Of a stretch of 32,000 nucleotides of DNA, positions 1 through 6,943 are shown one piece after another. Where the stretch lies: positions 1,890,001 through 1,922,000 of the forward strand of contig OY780959.1 of assembly GCA_963675915.1 (NCBI GenBank), given 5' to 3'. Numbering within the stretch: the first letter of the stretch is position 1; each line of letters opens with the position of its first letter. The stretch is from Coprobacillaceae bacterium (GTDB lineage Bacteria > Bacillota_I > Bacilli_A > Erysipelotrichales > Coprobacillaceae). The position numbers and the translations under genes are program-made. Below the pieces are notes generated by a model that searched no databases, was not told the origin of the DNA, and was given only the letters and a program-made list of their open reading frames with translations.

Positions 1-106
1 TGTCGACGAAATCAAAGTACGAGTTTCTAACAAGTATGTCAAATTCATCGAATACCGGGAACGCTCATTTGTCAAACGGATTTCTCGCGCCTTCATCCAC
101 TCATGA
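1..106 (+). CDS. 3' end of an upstream CDS (partial); the C-terminus resembles NAD kinase
   Basis: The frame starting at position 2 is open to TGA at 104-106 and reads ...VDEIKVRVSNKYVKFIEYRERSFVKRISRAFIHS. Its stop overlaps the next ATG (ATGA). The tail pattern and the position upstream of an RluA-family gene resemble the Bacillus ppnK-yjbO arrangement, recalled from memory. Confidence 0.35.
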   Translation, partial: VDEIKVRVSNKYVKFIEYRERSFVKRISRAFIHS

Positions 107-948
107 TTTTTTCAGTTGATAAACCGATTCTGCTCCGGGATTTCCTGGTGGAAGCCGGACTTTCTCGCAAGCTGATCAAAGATATCAAATCCCAAGGTAA
201 GATTCTGGTCAATAACCAGGAAAAAACCGTCAGACATTTCCTGGAATCAGGAGACGTGCTTGAGTTGGTGCTCCCTGCTGAAAAATGCGATATCACCCCA
301 ATCGAAATGCCGCTTGATATCGTCTACGAAGACGAATATTACCTGGTCATCGACAAACAGCCTGGCCTGGCCTGCATTCCAACCAAAAGTCACCATGACA
401 ATTCCCTGGCCAATGCGATTTCATGGTATTATCAGCTAAACAAGATTCCCTACACCATCCATTTTGTCAACCGGCTCGACCGGGAAACCCAAGGACTGAT
501 GCTTGTTGCCAAAGACCGTTTTTCCCATTATTTGCTTTCAAAAGATATCAAACAGGTTAAACGGGTGTACCACGCCCAGGTCAGCGGCACCCTGACATTG
601 CCTTTGACAATTGATAAACCGATTTACCAGATAGACACCAATATGAAAAGAGTTATCGACTCGAGAGGCAAGAAATCGATAACCCATGTAAAACCACTTT
701 GGCATTCCCCGACCACCACCCTGGTCGAGTGCATCCTGGATACTGGAAGAACCCATCAAATCAGGGTTCATCTCGCCTCGATCAATCATCCGCTGGTATC
801 TGACGCAATATACAACGAGGAAAAGTCCGGGACGATGTATCTTCGATCAGTCGAATTGGAGTTCATCCATCCCTATACCGGTGCCACAATCACGATAACC
901 AGTCCCGACAGACCAGAATATCAAAACAAACAAAAAGACGATCAATGA
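103..948 (+). CDS. RluA-family 23S rRNA/tRNA pseudouridine synthase with an N-terminal S4-like domain
   Basis: 281 aa. Carries the motifs VNRLDRETQGLMLVAKD (catalytic Asp) and GRTHQIRVHLASINHPLVSD, plus an S4-like N-terminus LRDFLVEAGLSRKLIKDIK. Confidence 0.9.
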   Translation: MIFSVDKPILLRDFLVEAGLSRKLIKDIKSQGKILVNNQEKTVRHFLESGDVLELVLPAEKCDITPIEMPLDIVYEDEYYLVIDKQPGLACIPTKSHHDNSLANAISWYYQLNKIPYTIHFVNRLDRETQGLMLVAKDRFSHYLLSKDIKQVKRVYHAQVSGTLTLPLTIDKPIYQIDTNMKRVIDSRGKKSITHVKPLWHSPTTTLVECILDTGRTHQIRVHLASINHPLVSDAIYNEEKSGTMYLRSVELEFIHPYTGATITITSPDRPEYQNKQKDDQ

Positions 949-952
949 TCGT

Positions 953-1414
953 CTAATTTGCAGTATTGTTTTGATATTCTTTTTTCAGCTTATCCCATTT
1001 TTTCCCTGGATTGAAATGAGGGCAATCCTCACTTGGAATTTTACATTGTGCTAAACGTCGTAGTTCGCGCGGGATGAAGACACGAATTTCCTCTGAGTTG
1101 TAACCGACCTGGAAACGTCGCTCATCAATCATTATCGGTCTTTTCAAAACTGACGGATTTTCCTGGATGAACGTTATCAATTCATTAAATGACATTCCGT
1201 CAAGGTCGATATCGTTTTCTTTTATGATTTTAGAACGTTTTGATATAATATCATCAGTGCCGTTTTCACTGCGTTCCAATAATTCTCGCAACTCCGCTTC
1301 ACGTAGTATTGTCGAGAAAATATTTTTTTCAACGTAGGGAATATTATGTTCTTTCAACCATGCTTTAACTTTTCTACAACTAGCACAGCTAGGTGCTGTA
1401 TATATTCGAATCAT
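953..1414 (-). CDS. spx: Spx/ArsC-family redox-sensing transcriptional regulator with a C-terminal extension
   Basis: MIRIYTAPSCASCRKVKAWLKEHNIPYVEKNIF has the CxxC switch, and LKRPIMIDERRFQVGYNSEEIRVFIPR tracks Bacillus Spx closely. AGGAGGG RBS upstream. Confidence 0.85.
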   Translation of the reverse strand: MIRIYTAPSCASCRKVKAWLKEHNIPYVEKNIFSTILREAELRELLERSENGTDDIISKRSKIIKENDIDLDGMSFNELITFIQENPSVLKRPIMIDERRFQVGYNSEEIRVFIPRELRRLAQCKIPSEDCPHFNPGKKWDKLKKEYQNNTAN

Positions 1415-1689
1415 TAAAATCCCTCCTATGCTATATTATGACACGAATCAAATTCAAATAAAATGATTTTTTTTCATTTAATCAAATTTATATGAAATTA
1501 CACCAAATTATGAACTTATGTCTTTTTGATATGATTTTTGGCTCAATTGTCACCTTGAATCCGATGATAATTCGATTATTATCGATATATCATCTAATAA
1601 TAAACTACACTATCTAATCATCAATTTCAACAACTATTTACGATTTTTAACCCAATAAATATTGTTTCCTGTCATACAGGCATTATTTG

Positions 1690-1698
1690 TGATATACT
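1690..1698 (+). promoter_or_regulatory. Extended -10 element (TGaTATACT) upstream of trpS
   Basis: TG at 1690-1691 and TATACT at 1693-1698, about 32 nt before the trpS ATG. The -35 is weak. Confidence 0.35.
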
Positions 1699-1729
1699 AT
1701 TAAATATTGATTAAAGGAGAATCTCTATC

Positions 1730-2716
1730 ATGAAAAGAATGCTTAGTGGAATTAAGCCGACTGGTAAAGTAACTCTTGGAAATTACCTGGGAGCTATCAA
1801 GCCATTCGTCGAATATCAAGATGAATATGAAATGTTTGTTTTCGTTGCAAACCTTCATTCAATGACAATATATGTCGAACCAAAAGAATTGCGTGAGAAT
1901 ACTAAAAATCTAATTGCCCTTTACCTGGCAGCTGGACTTGATCCAGAAAAAGTAACATTGTTCCTGCAATCAGACGTCCTCCAACACGCCCAACTAGGAT
2001 GGTATCTGGGCTGCATGGTTTCCATGGGAGAATTGTCACGGATGACTCAATATAAAGACAAGGCTTCAAAAGGCGAGTCAATCGGAGCCGGAATCTTCAA
2101 CTACCCATCTTTGATGGCGGCGGATATCCTGATGTACGATCCGGACTATGTACCAGTCGGGATTGATCAAAAACAACACTGCGAACTGGCCCGAGATTTG
2201 GCCCAACGCTTTAACAGCCGATACAGTGATACATTCAAATTGCCGGAACCTTTGATTCCAAAAATCGGCGCAAAAATCATGGACCTCCAAAATCCAACCA
2301 AGAAAATGTCCAAATCAGCCGAAAATCCAAAAGGGTGCATCTACATTCTTGATGATGTAAATGTATCTAAAAAGAAAATAATGTCGGCAGTTACCGACAG
2401 TGATGGCATCATCAAATACGACCCTGAAAACAAGCCAGGTGTCTCTAACCTTTTGGAAATATACACCACTTTGACCGGTACTCCTATTTCCGATCTTGAA
2501 CAAAAATACGACGGTTGCGGTTACGGCGTGCTTAAAAAGGATCTAGCCGAAATTCTAGGAACCCGTCTAGAAGAAATCCAAGGACGATATAAAGATATAA
2601 TAAGTGGAAGCTACATCTCCGACGTACTGGCTGACGGAGCTGCCAAAGCATCGATATTGGCAAGAAAGAAGTTAGCCAAGGTCGAACGCAAAATGGGAAT
2701 CACCATGAAAAAATAA
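1730..2716 (+). CDS. trpS: Tryptophan--tRNA ligase
   Basis: 328 aa class I aaRS. GIKPTGKVTLGNYLGA sits in the HIGH-region position and a KMSKS motif is present. Length and overall pattern are typical of TrpRS. GGAGA RBS. Confidence 0.95.
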   Translation: MKRMLSGIKPTGKVTLGNYLGAIKPFVEYQDEYEMFVFVANLHSMTIYVEPKELRENTKNLIALYLAAGLDPEKVTLFLQSDVLQHAQLGWYLGCMVSMGELSRMTQYKDKASKGESIGAGIFNYPSLMAADILMYDPDYVPVGIDQKQHCELARDLAQRFNSRYSDTFKLPEPLIPKIGAKIMDLQNPTKKMSKSAENPKGCIYILDDVNVSKKKIMSAVTDSDGIIKYDPENKPGVSNLLEIYTTLTGTPISDLEQKYDGCGYGVLKKDLAEILGTRLEEIQGRYKDIISGSYISDVLADGAAKASILARKKLAKVERKMGITMKK

Positions 2717-2719
2717 GAA

Positions 2720-2750
2720 AACGGTTGTCTGATGACAACCGCTTTTTTCT
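2720..2750. terminator. Bidirectional rho-independent terminator between trpS and the convergent membrane-protein gene
   Basis: Stem CGGTTGTC (2722-2729) pairs with GACAACCG (2734-2741) around loop TGAT. It is followed by CTTTTTT on the + strand and by TTTTCTT on the - strand. Confidence 0.8.
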
Positions 2751-2755
2751 TGTTT

Positions 2756-3568
2756 TTACCCCAGGAAGACCAAATAGACTCCAGCCAAAAAAGATATTAT
2801 CGCCACTACCGCAAGCAAGTCTCTTCTTACTAGCTGCTTGTACAGTGCCGTGGTAAAAAAAGTCAAAATCGCCACAATAACCATAACCGCTATTGAACCG
2901 ACCAGAGAAGGCATGACACTGAAACTGTTGCCATACTGGATGAAAGTTGTAATCATATAGTTGAAGGTAGCGACAGCAAGAGCCAAATAGCCGAATTCAA
3001 CTATCAGTTTCAACTCGTATTTTCTTATTTTCAAAACCAGATATGCCAGAGCCAGAAAAGAAATCCCCGGATAGATTGCTAGGATTGATACCAACCCGAC
3101 AACGACCCCATCGGATATCCGCAGCGCGTTTTTGACATTCTTTCCGTTTTTGATCATTGAACCAAACAGGATTACAATCGCACTGATCAAAAGACCCACT
3201 CCGATATAACGGTTATCCAAAGCCAGCGAATAACCCAGGCGGCCCAAATACAATTGAGCCAGCAGATTTATCATAGCAACCGCAATCAAAGCCATCGCAT
3301 AATTGAAATTCTTGCGGGTAATCGACCGATTGCTTTTATCCCCCAAATATTCAACCATCCCCTGGAAATGATTGATCAAGGCCCAGTGGTATTTGTAGAT
3401 CAAGCCCATGATCACCCCCACCGAAACCAGAATTGAAGTCGTCGTGAAATTCACCACTTCCCCACTACTTCCAAACATTTCTTTGACAACGTGAATGCCA
3501 CCAAGATAATCCAGCGGCAAGACAGCAGTTATTCCAAAAAGGATTGAAATCACAATATAATAAACCAT
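2756..3568 (-). CDS. Polytopic membrane protein, UppP/BacA-like in length and layout but with degenerate catalytic motifs
   Basis: 270 aa with about 8 hydrophobic segments. GITAVLPLDYLGGIHVV lies where UppP has EGLTEFLPVSSTGH, and AIYPGISFLALAY lies where UppP has PGxSRSG. AGGAG RBS. Confidence 0.45.
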   Translation of the reverse strand: MVYYIVISILFGITAVLPLDYLGGIHVVKEMFGSSGEVVNFTTTSILVSVGVIMGLIYKYHWALINHFQGMVEYLGDKSNRSITRKNFNYAMALIAVAMINLLAQLYLGRLGYSLALDNRYIGVGLLISAIVILFGSMIKNGKNVKNALRISDGVVVGLVSILAIYPGISFLALAYLVLKIRKYELKLIVEFGYLALAVATFNYMITTFIQYGNSFSVMPSLVGSIAVMVIVAILTFFTTALYKQLVRRDLLAVVAIISFLAGVYLVFLG

Positions 3569-3596
3569 CTCTGTCAGCTCCTTTAAAATCTATAAA

Positions 3597-3623
3597 TAAA
3601 AAACTCAAGTAATTTACTTGAGT
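3597..3623 (-). terminator. Rho-independent terminator ending the tRNA operon
   Basis: On the minus strand: ACTCAAGTA-AAT-TACTTGAGT (9-bp stem) followed by TTTTT. Confidence 0.8.
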
Positions 3624-3635
3624 ATCTTTTTCTAT

Positions 3636-3711
3636 TGGTGACCCGTACGGGATTCGAACCCGTGAATGCATGCGTGAAAGGCATGTGAGTTAACCGTTTC
3701 TCCAACGGGCC
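3636..3711 (-). tRNA. tRNA-Glu (anticodon UUC)
   Basis: The reverse complement reads GGCCCGTTGG...CATGCCTTTCACGCATG...GGTTCGAATCCCGTACGGGTCACCA. Anticodon loop CTTTCAC; CCA encoded. Confidence 0.9.
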
Positions 3712-3714
3712 ACA

Positions 3715-3790
3715 TGGCGCTTGAAGTAGGACTCGAACCTACGACCGCTCGGTTAACAGCCGAGTGCTCTACCAACTGAGCTATTCAAGC
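3715..3790 (-). tRNA. tRNA-Asn (anticodon GUU)
   Basis: Reverse complement GCTTGAATAGCTCAGTTGGTAGAGCACTCGGCTGTTAACCGAG...GGTTCGAGTCC...CCA. Anticodon loop CTGTTAA. Confidence 0.9.
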
Positions 3791-3793
3791 AAT

Positions 3794-3867
3794 TGGAGCG
3801 GGTGATGGGAATCGAACCCACGTAGTCAGCTTGGAAGGCTGAAGTTCTACCATTGAACTACACCCGC
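3794..3867 (-). tRNA. tRNA-Gly (anticodon UCC), copy 3 in transcription order
   Basis: Reverse complement GCGGGTGTAGTTCAATGGTAGAACTTCAGCCTTCCAAGCTGA...GGTTCGATTCCCATCACCCGCTCCA. Anticodon loop CTTCCAA. Confidence 0.9.
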
Positions 3868-3892
3868 AATTTGCGTTTGGTATTAAATATAA

Positions 3893-3966
3893 TGGAGCGG
3901 GTGATGGGAATCGAACCCACGTAGTCAGCTTGGAAGGCTGAAGTTCTACCATTGAACTACACCCGC
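3893..3966 (-). tRNA. tRNA-Gly (anticodon UCC), copy 2
   Basis: Sequence is identical by eye to 3794-3867. Confidence 0.9.
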
Positions 3967-3993
3967 ATATTTGCGTTTGATATTAAATTATAA

Positions 3994-4067
3994 TGGAGCG
4001 GGTGATGGGAATCGAACCCACGTAGTCAGCTTGGAAGGCTGAAGTTCTACCATTGAACTACACCCGC
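3994..4067 (-). tRNA. tRNA-Gly (anticodon UCC), copy 1
   Basis: Sequence is identical by eye to 3794-3867. Confidence 0.9.
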
Positions 4068-4076
4068 ATATTTGAA

Positions 4077-4165
4077 TGGTGCCCAGGGACGGAGTCGAAC
4101 CGTCACGGATTTTAAGGTCCGCAGGATTTTAAGTCCTGTGCGTCTACCAATTTCGCCACCTGGGC
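4077..4165 (-). tRNA. tRNA-Leu (anticodon UAA), long variable arm
   Basis: Reverse complement GCCCAGGTGGCGAAATTGGTAGACGCACAGGACTTAAAATCCTG...GGTTCGACTCCGTCCCTGGGCACCA. Anticodon loop CTTAAAA. Confidence 0.9.
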
Positions 4166-4180
4166 CCTAAAATATATAAA

Positions 4181-4256
4181 TGGTGACCCGCAGGCGACTC
4201 GAACGCCTGACCCTCTGATTAAAAGTCAGATGCTCTACCGACTGAGCTAGCGGGTC
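4181..4256 (-). tRNA. tRNA-Lys (anticodon UUU)
   Basis: Reverse complement GACCCGCTAGCTCAGTCGGTAGAGCATCTGACTTTTAATCAGA...GTTCGAGTCGCCTGCGGGTCACCA. Anticodon loop CTTTTAA. Confidence 0.9.
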
Positions 4257-4261
4257 AAAAA

Positions 4262-4337
4262 TGGCTGGGGTACCTGGATTCGAACCAGGGAAATGACAGA
4301 GTCAAAGTCTGTTGCCTTACCGCTTGGCTATACCCCA
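4262..4337 (-). tRNA. tRNA-Gln (anticodon UUG)
   Basis: Reverse complement TGGGGTATAGCCAAGCGGTAAGGCAACAGACTTTGACTCTGT...GGTTCGAATCCAGGTACCCCAGCCA. Anticodon loop CTTTGAC. Confidence 0.85.
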
Positions 4338-4346
4338 ATAAAAAAA

Positions 4347-4430
4347 TGGTGGAGGAGGGCGGATTCGAACCACCGAACCGAAAGGAACTGAGTTACAGTC
4401 AGCCGCGTTTGGCCACTTCGCTACTCCTCC
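4347..4430 (-). tRNA. tRNA-Tyr (anticodon GUA), long variable arm
   Basis: Reverse complement GGAGGAGTAGCGAAGTGGCCAAACGCGGCTGACTGTAACTCAG...GGTTCGAATCCGCCCTCCTCCACCA. Anticodon loop CTGTAAC. Confidence 0.85.
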
Positions 4431-4435
4431 GTATA

Positions 4436-4511
<76 letters not shown>

Positions 4512-4524
4512 GTAAAAAATAAAA

Positions 4525-4600
4525 TGGTGGGGGTTAACGGGCTCGAACCGCTGACCCTCTGCTTGTAAGGCAGATGCTCTCCCAACTGAGCTAAACCCCC
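4525..4600 (-). tRNA. tRNA-Val (anticodon UAC)
   Basis: Reverse complement GGGGGTTTAGCTCAGTTGGGAGAGCATCTGCCTTACAAGCAGA...GGTTCGAGCCCGTTAACCCCCACCA. Anticodon loop CTTACAA. Confidence 0.9.
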
Positions 4601-4618
4601 GTTTTTTGCTACCCTGAT

Positions 4619-4647
4619 ATATTATCAAACTTTCACTCATTAGTCAA
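4619..4647 (-). promoter_or_regulatory. Sigma-A-type promoter of the tRNA operon
   Basis: Minus strand TTGACT (4647-4642), a 17-nt spacer, then TAATAT (4624-4619), about 15 nt upstream of tRNA-Val. Confidence 0.7.
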
Positions 4648-4998
4648 CAACTTTTTTGAAAGTTTTTGATGACCCGGAACCACTATGCGGAGTTCAATCT
4701 CCGTTCGCATTCCCCTCGGTCAAGGCGCTATATCAATATACACTAGATACTATGGGATTGCAATAGTTTTCGTGAAAAAAATGAATTTTCTTCTTAGCTG
4801 ACATGTTCATCGCCCAGCAGTCCCGTTTTCATAAGATCCAAACACCGGATTCTGAGCAGGAATTCTGCCACTGCTCTATTCAATATATATACACGAAATT
4901 TACCTTTCATTTCTTCAACAATCCAATCACTTTGATTACATGTTACAAATGGGACTCCCATTTTGTCAAAATTTATTCAATTAACTGTATACAATCTC

Positions 4999-5027
4999 TT
5001 GATTCTTGCGAATACTTGGTGTATATT
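4999..5027 (+). promoter_or_regulatory. Candidate promoter of the HisC-family aminotransferase gene
   Basis: TTGATT (4999-5004), a 17-nt spacer, then TATATT (5022-5027). GGAGGG RBS at 5044-5049. Confidence 0.5.
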
Positions 5028-5054
5028 TGAGGAAAGTTCAATGGAGGGTAAATT

Positions 5055-6128
5055 ATGAACGTAAATGATTTATTTAGAAATTATATCAAAGATGCTGTCG
5101 GATATACTCCAGGCGGTAAACCTTTGCCACCTGCCCCTGAGGGAACACCATTTTCAAAGCTCAACGCCAATGAAAATATGTTGGGGCCAAGTCCAAAAGT
5201 TGTAGAAGCAATGAAGGAATCTCTTACCAATATGCACTTGTATCCAGGTAAGGAAACTGCGAAAACACGTGATGCTATTGCTGCTTATCACGGTGTCACT
5301 GCAAGCAAAATCAATTTGGGGGCTGGTAGTACAGCATTGATTTGTGCTTTGCATGACATGTTCCTTAATCCGGGTGATGAAGTTGTTGCAGCTGATCCTA
5401 CTTATGTTGCTTATCGTATTTTGGCTTCTCGTCAAGGTGCTGATGTGGTAAAAATTCCTACTAAGGATTTCGCTTGTGATCCTAAAGCAATGCTTGAAGC
5501 AATCACCGAAAAAACAAAACTGGTTTGTATTGTTAATCCAAACAATCCGACCGGTGCTAAAATCACCAACGAAGAATTGCATTACTATTTTGACAATGTA
5601 CCTGATCATGTTATTACCATCGTTGATGAAGCTTATATCGACTGGATTGATGATAACGGCGAAACAGAATCAGCTATTCAATATGTTGACACTCACAAAG
5701 TTGTCGTTTTAAGAACTTTCTCTAAACTGTTCGCTTTGGCAGGTCTGCGCTTCGGTTATTCTATCGCCAGCGAAGAAATCGCCGAACGTCTGACTATCTT
5801 CGAATACAACTACAGCCCTAACCGTTTGGTATTGAAAGCTGTTCGCGTAGCTTTGGAAGACACTGACTATATCGCCCGTTCAGTCGCAAACAATACTCAA
5901 GGAAGAAATTACATCTATGATGCTTTATGCCAATATGACTTCGAAGTTGTAAAATCATATACAAGTTTCATCTATTTCAAGCCTGACCGTGATCCTGAAC
6001 AATTGCTTATGGATCTCAACCAAAAAGGTGTCCTGATTCGTCCATTCGGAGAATATCTTCGAGTAAGTATCGGCCGTCCTGAACAAAACGAACAATTCGT
6101 GAATGCTTTAAAAGAAATTATGGCATAA
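5055..6128 (+). CDS. hisC: Histidinol-phosphate aminotransferase family (class II PLP aminotransferase)
   Basis: 357 aa. Carries KLNANENMLGPSPKV (the HisC signature SxNENPxGPSP) and RTFSKLFALAGLRFGY (PLP lysine motif). No other his genes are nearby, so the substrate is uncertain. Confidence 0.8.
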   Translation: MNVNDLFRNYIKDAVGYTPGGKPLPPAPEGTPFSKLNANENMLGPSPKVVEAMKESLTNMHLYPGKETAKTRDAIAAYHGVTASKINLGAGSTALICALHDMFLNPGDEVVAADPTYVAYRILASRQGADVVKIPTKDFACDPKAMLEAITEKTKLVCIVNPNNPTGAKITNEELHYYFDNVPDHVITIVDEAYIDWIDDNGETESAIQYVDTHKVVVLRTFSKLFALAGLRFGYSIASEEIAERLTIFEYNYSPNRLVLKAVRVALEDTDYIARSVANNTQGRNYIYDALCQYDFEVVKSYTSFIYFKPDRDPEQLLMDLNQKGVLIRPFGEYLRVSIGRPEQNEQFVNALKEIMA

Positions 6129-6135
6129 TTATCAA

Positions 6136-6161
6136 GGCAGTGCTCCGGCACTGTCTTTTTT
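6136..6161 (+). terminator. Rho-independent terminator after the HisC-family gene
   Basis: GGCAGTGC-TCCG-GCACTGTC stem (one G-U pair) followed by TTTTTT. Confidence 0.8.
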
Positions 6162-6430
6162 ATCGCCATCCGCCAAATAAACGCCCTCTATCCGACAATA
6201 GCCGGCTTTCATCACCTGGTTATCCAAGCATTCAAAACAGCGCTTAAATCCCCTCATTTTAAACAATGATCACCACCCATTCAAAAAGCCATCACCACCA
6301 GCCGCTCTTAGTGCTCAGTCGTTGCGGATTGCCGCCATCCTCATTCACATATATTCCCATATATCAAATTATTGTTGAGTTTCAAGGCTTTTTTTGATAA
6401 AATAAACAAGTAAAAATCAGGAGGATTTAT

Positions 6431-6853
6431 ATGGAATCTATTAAGAAATTTGCTAAGGAAATAAGTATCTTCGGCCTGGTACTGGTAATCTTCATCGGAT
6501 TATTCATCTTTCGTAATTTGACCCACGAGGACGTAACCACAATATCACAGGCTGATGTTACCAATAAAATGGAAGCCGGTGACAGTTTCGCACTTTTCGT
6601 AGGGGATAACAGCGACGCCAATGTTTACGGCTACATCACCGAAGTGGTGGAACCATTCCTTCAAGATCATTCAGGGACTCAAATCTATTTCCTGGACACT
6701 CAAGCCATGGAAAATTCAACAACTTGGATCAAGGAAACTTTTTCAACAACAAACGGCTCACAACCACAATATTTTGTAATTGAAAACGGAGTTGTAGACC
6801 GCACCTATGCCGGTACGGTATCATATATCCGTTTAAATCAATTGTTTGACTGA
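6431..6853 (+). CDS. Small N-terminally membrane-anchored protein, possibly a thioredoxin-like fold without a CxxC
   Basis: 140 aa. One TM segment (ISIFGLVLVIFIGLFIF). The beta-alpha-beta spacing FALFVGDNSDAN...IYFLD...QPQYFVIENG looks Trx-like. GGAGG RBS. Confidence 0.4.
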   Translation: MESIKKFAKEISIFGLVLVIFIGLFIFRNLTHEDVTTISQADVTNKMEAGDSFALFVGDNSDANVYGYITEVVEPFLQDHSGTQIYFLDTQAMENSTTWIKETFSTTNGSQPQYFVIENGVVDRTYAGTVSYIRLNQLFD

Positions 6854-6871
6854 TAATATCAAACCTACCCA

Positions 6872-6902
6872 AGGATTTGCTTTTGAAGCGAGTCCTTTTT
6901 TT
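6872..6902 (+). terminator. Probable terminator after 6431-6853
   Basis: AGGATT (6872-6877) pairs with AGTCCT (6891-6896) (one G-U pair, 13-nt loop), followed by T-run 6897-6902. Confidence 0.45.
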
Positions 6903-6943
6903 GATACAAAAAGCCGCCACCTTTTAAAGTGACAGCTTCTAAA

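Larger units (their letters stand above)
3794..4067 (-). repeat. Tandem triplication (about 100-nt period) of the tRNA-Gly(UCC) gene plus its spacer
   Basis: Three identical 74-nt genes. The spacers are AATTTGCGTTTGGTATTAAATATAA and ATATTTGCGTTTGATATTAAATTATAA and share TTTGCGTTTG(G/A)TATTAAAT. Confidence 0.9.

Noticed and set aside
3794-4067. Regularly spaced ~100-nt repeats that could superficially look like a CRISPR array
   Set aside because: The repeats are complete tRNA-Gly genes (74 nt, cloverleaf, CCA end). The so-called spacers are homologous to each other, and there are no cas genes.
4668-4730. Possible tRNA pseudogene (T-arm-like CGGAG-TTCAAT-CTCCG followed by TTCGCAT-T-CCC)
   Set aside because: The T-loop is 6 nt. 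No matching 5' acceptor strand, D-arm or anticodon arm can be drawn. It is kept only as part of the low-interest finding for this spacer.
4803-5030. 75-aa ORF upstream of the hisC-family gene
   Set aside because: It has no RBS and a Cys/His/Phe-rich, improbable sequence, and it overlaps the predicted promoter. Most likely non-coding.
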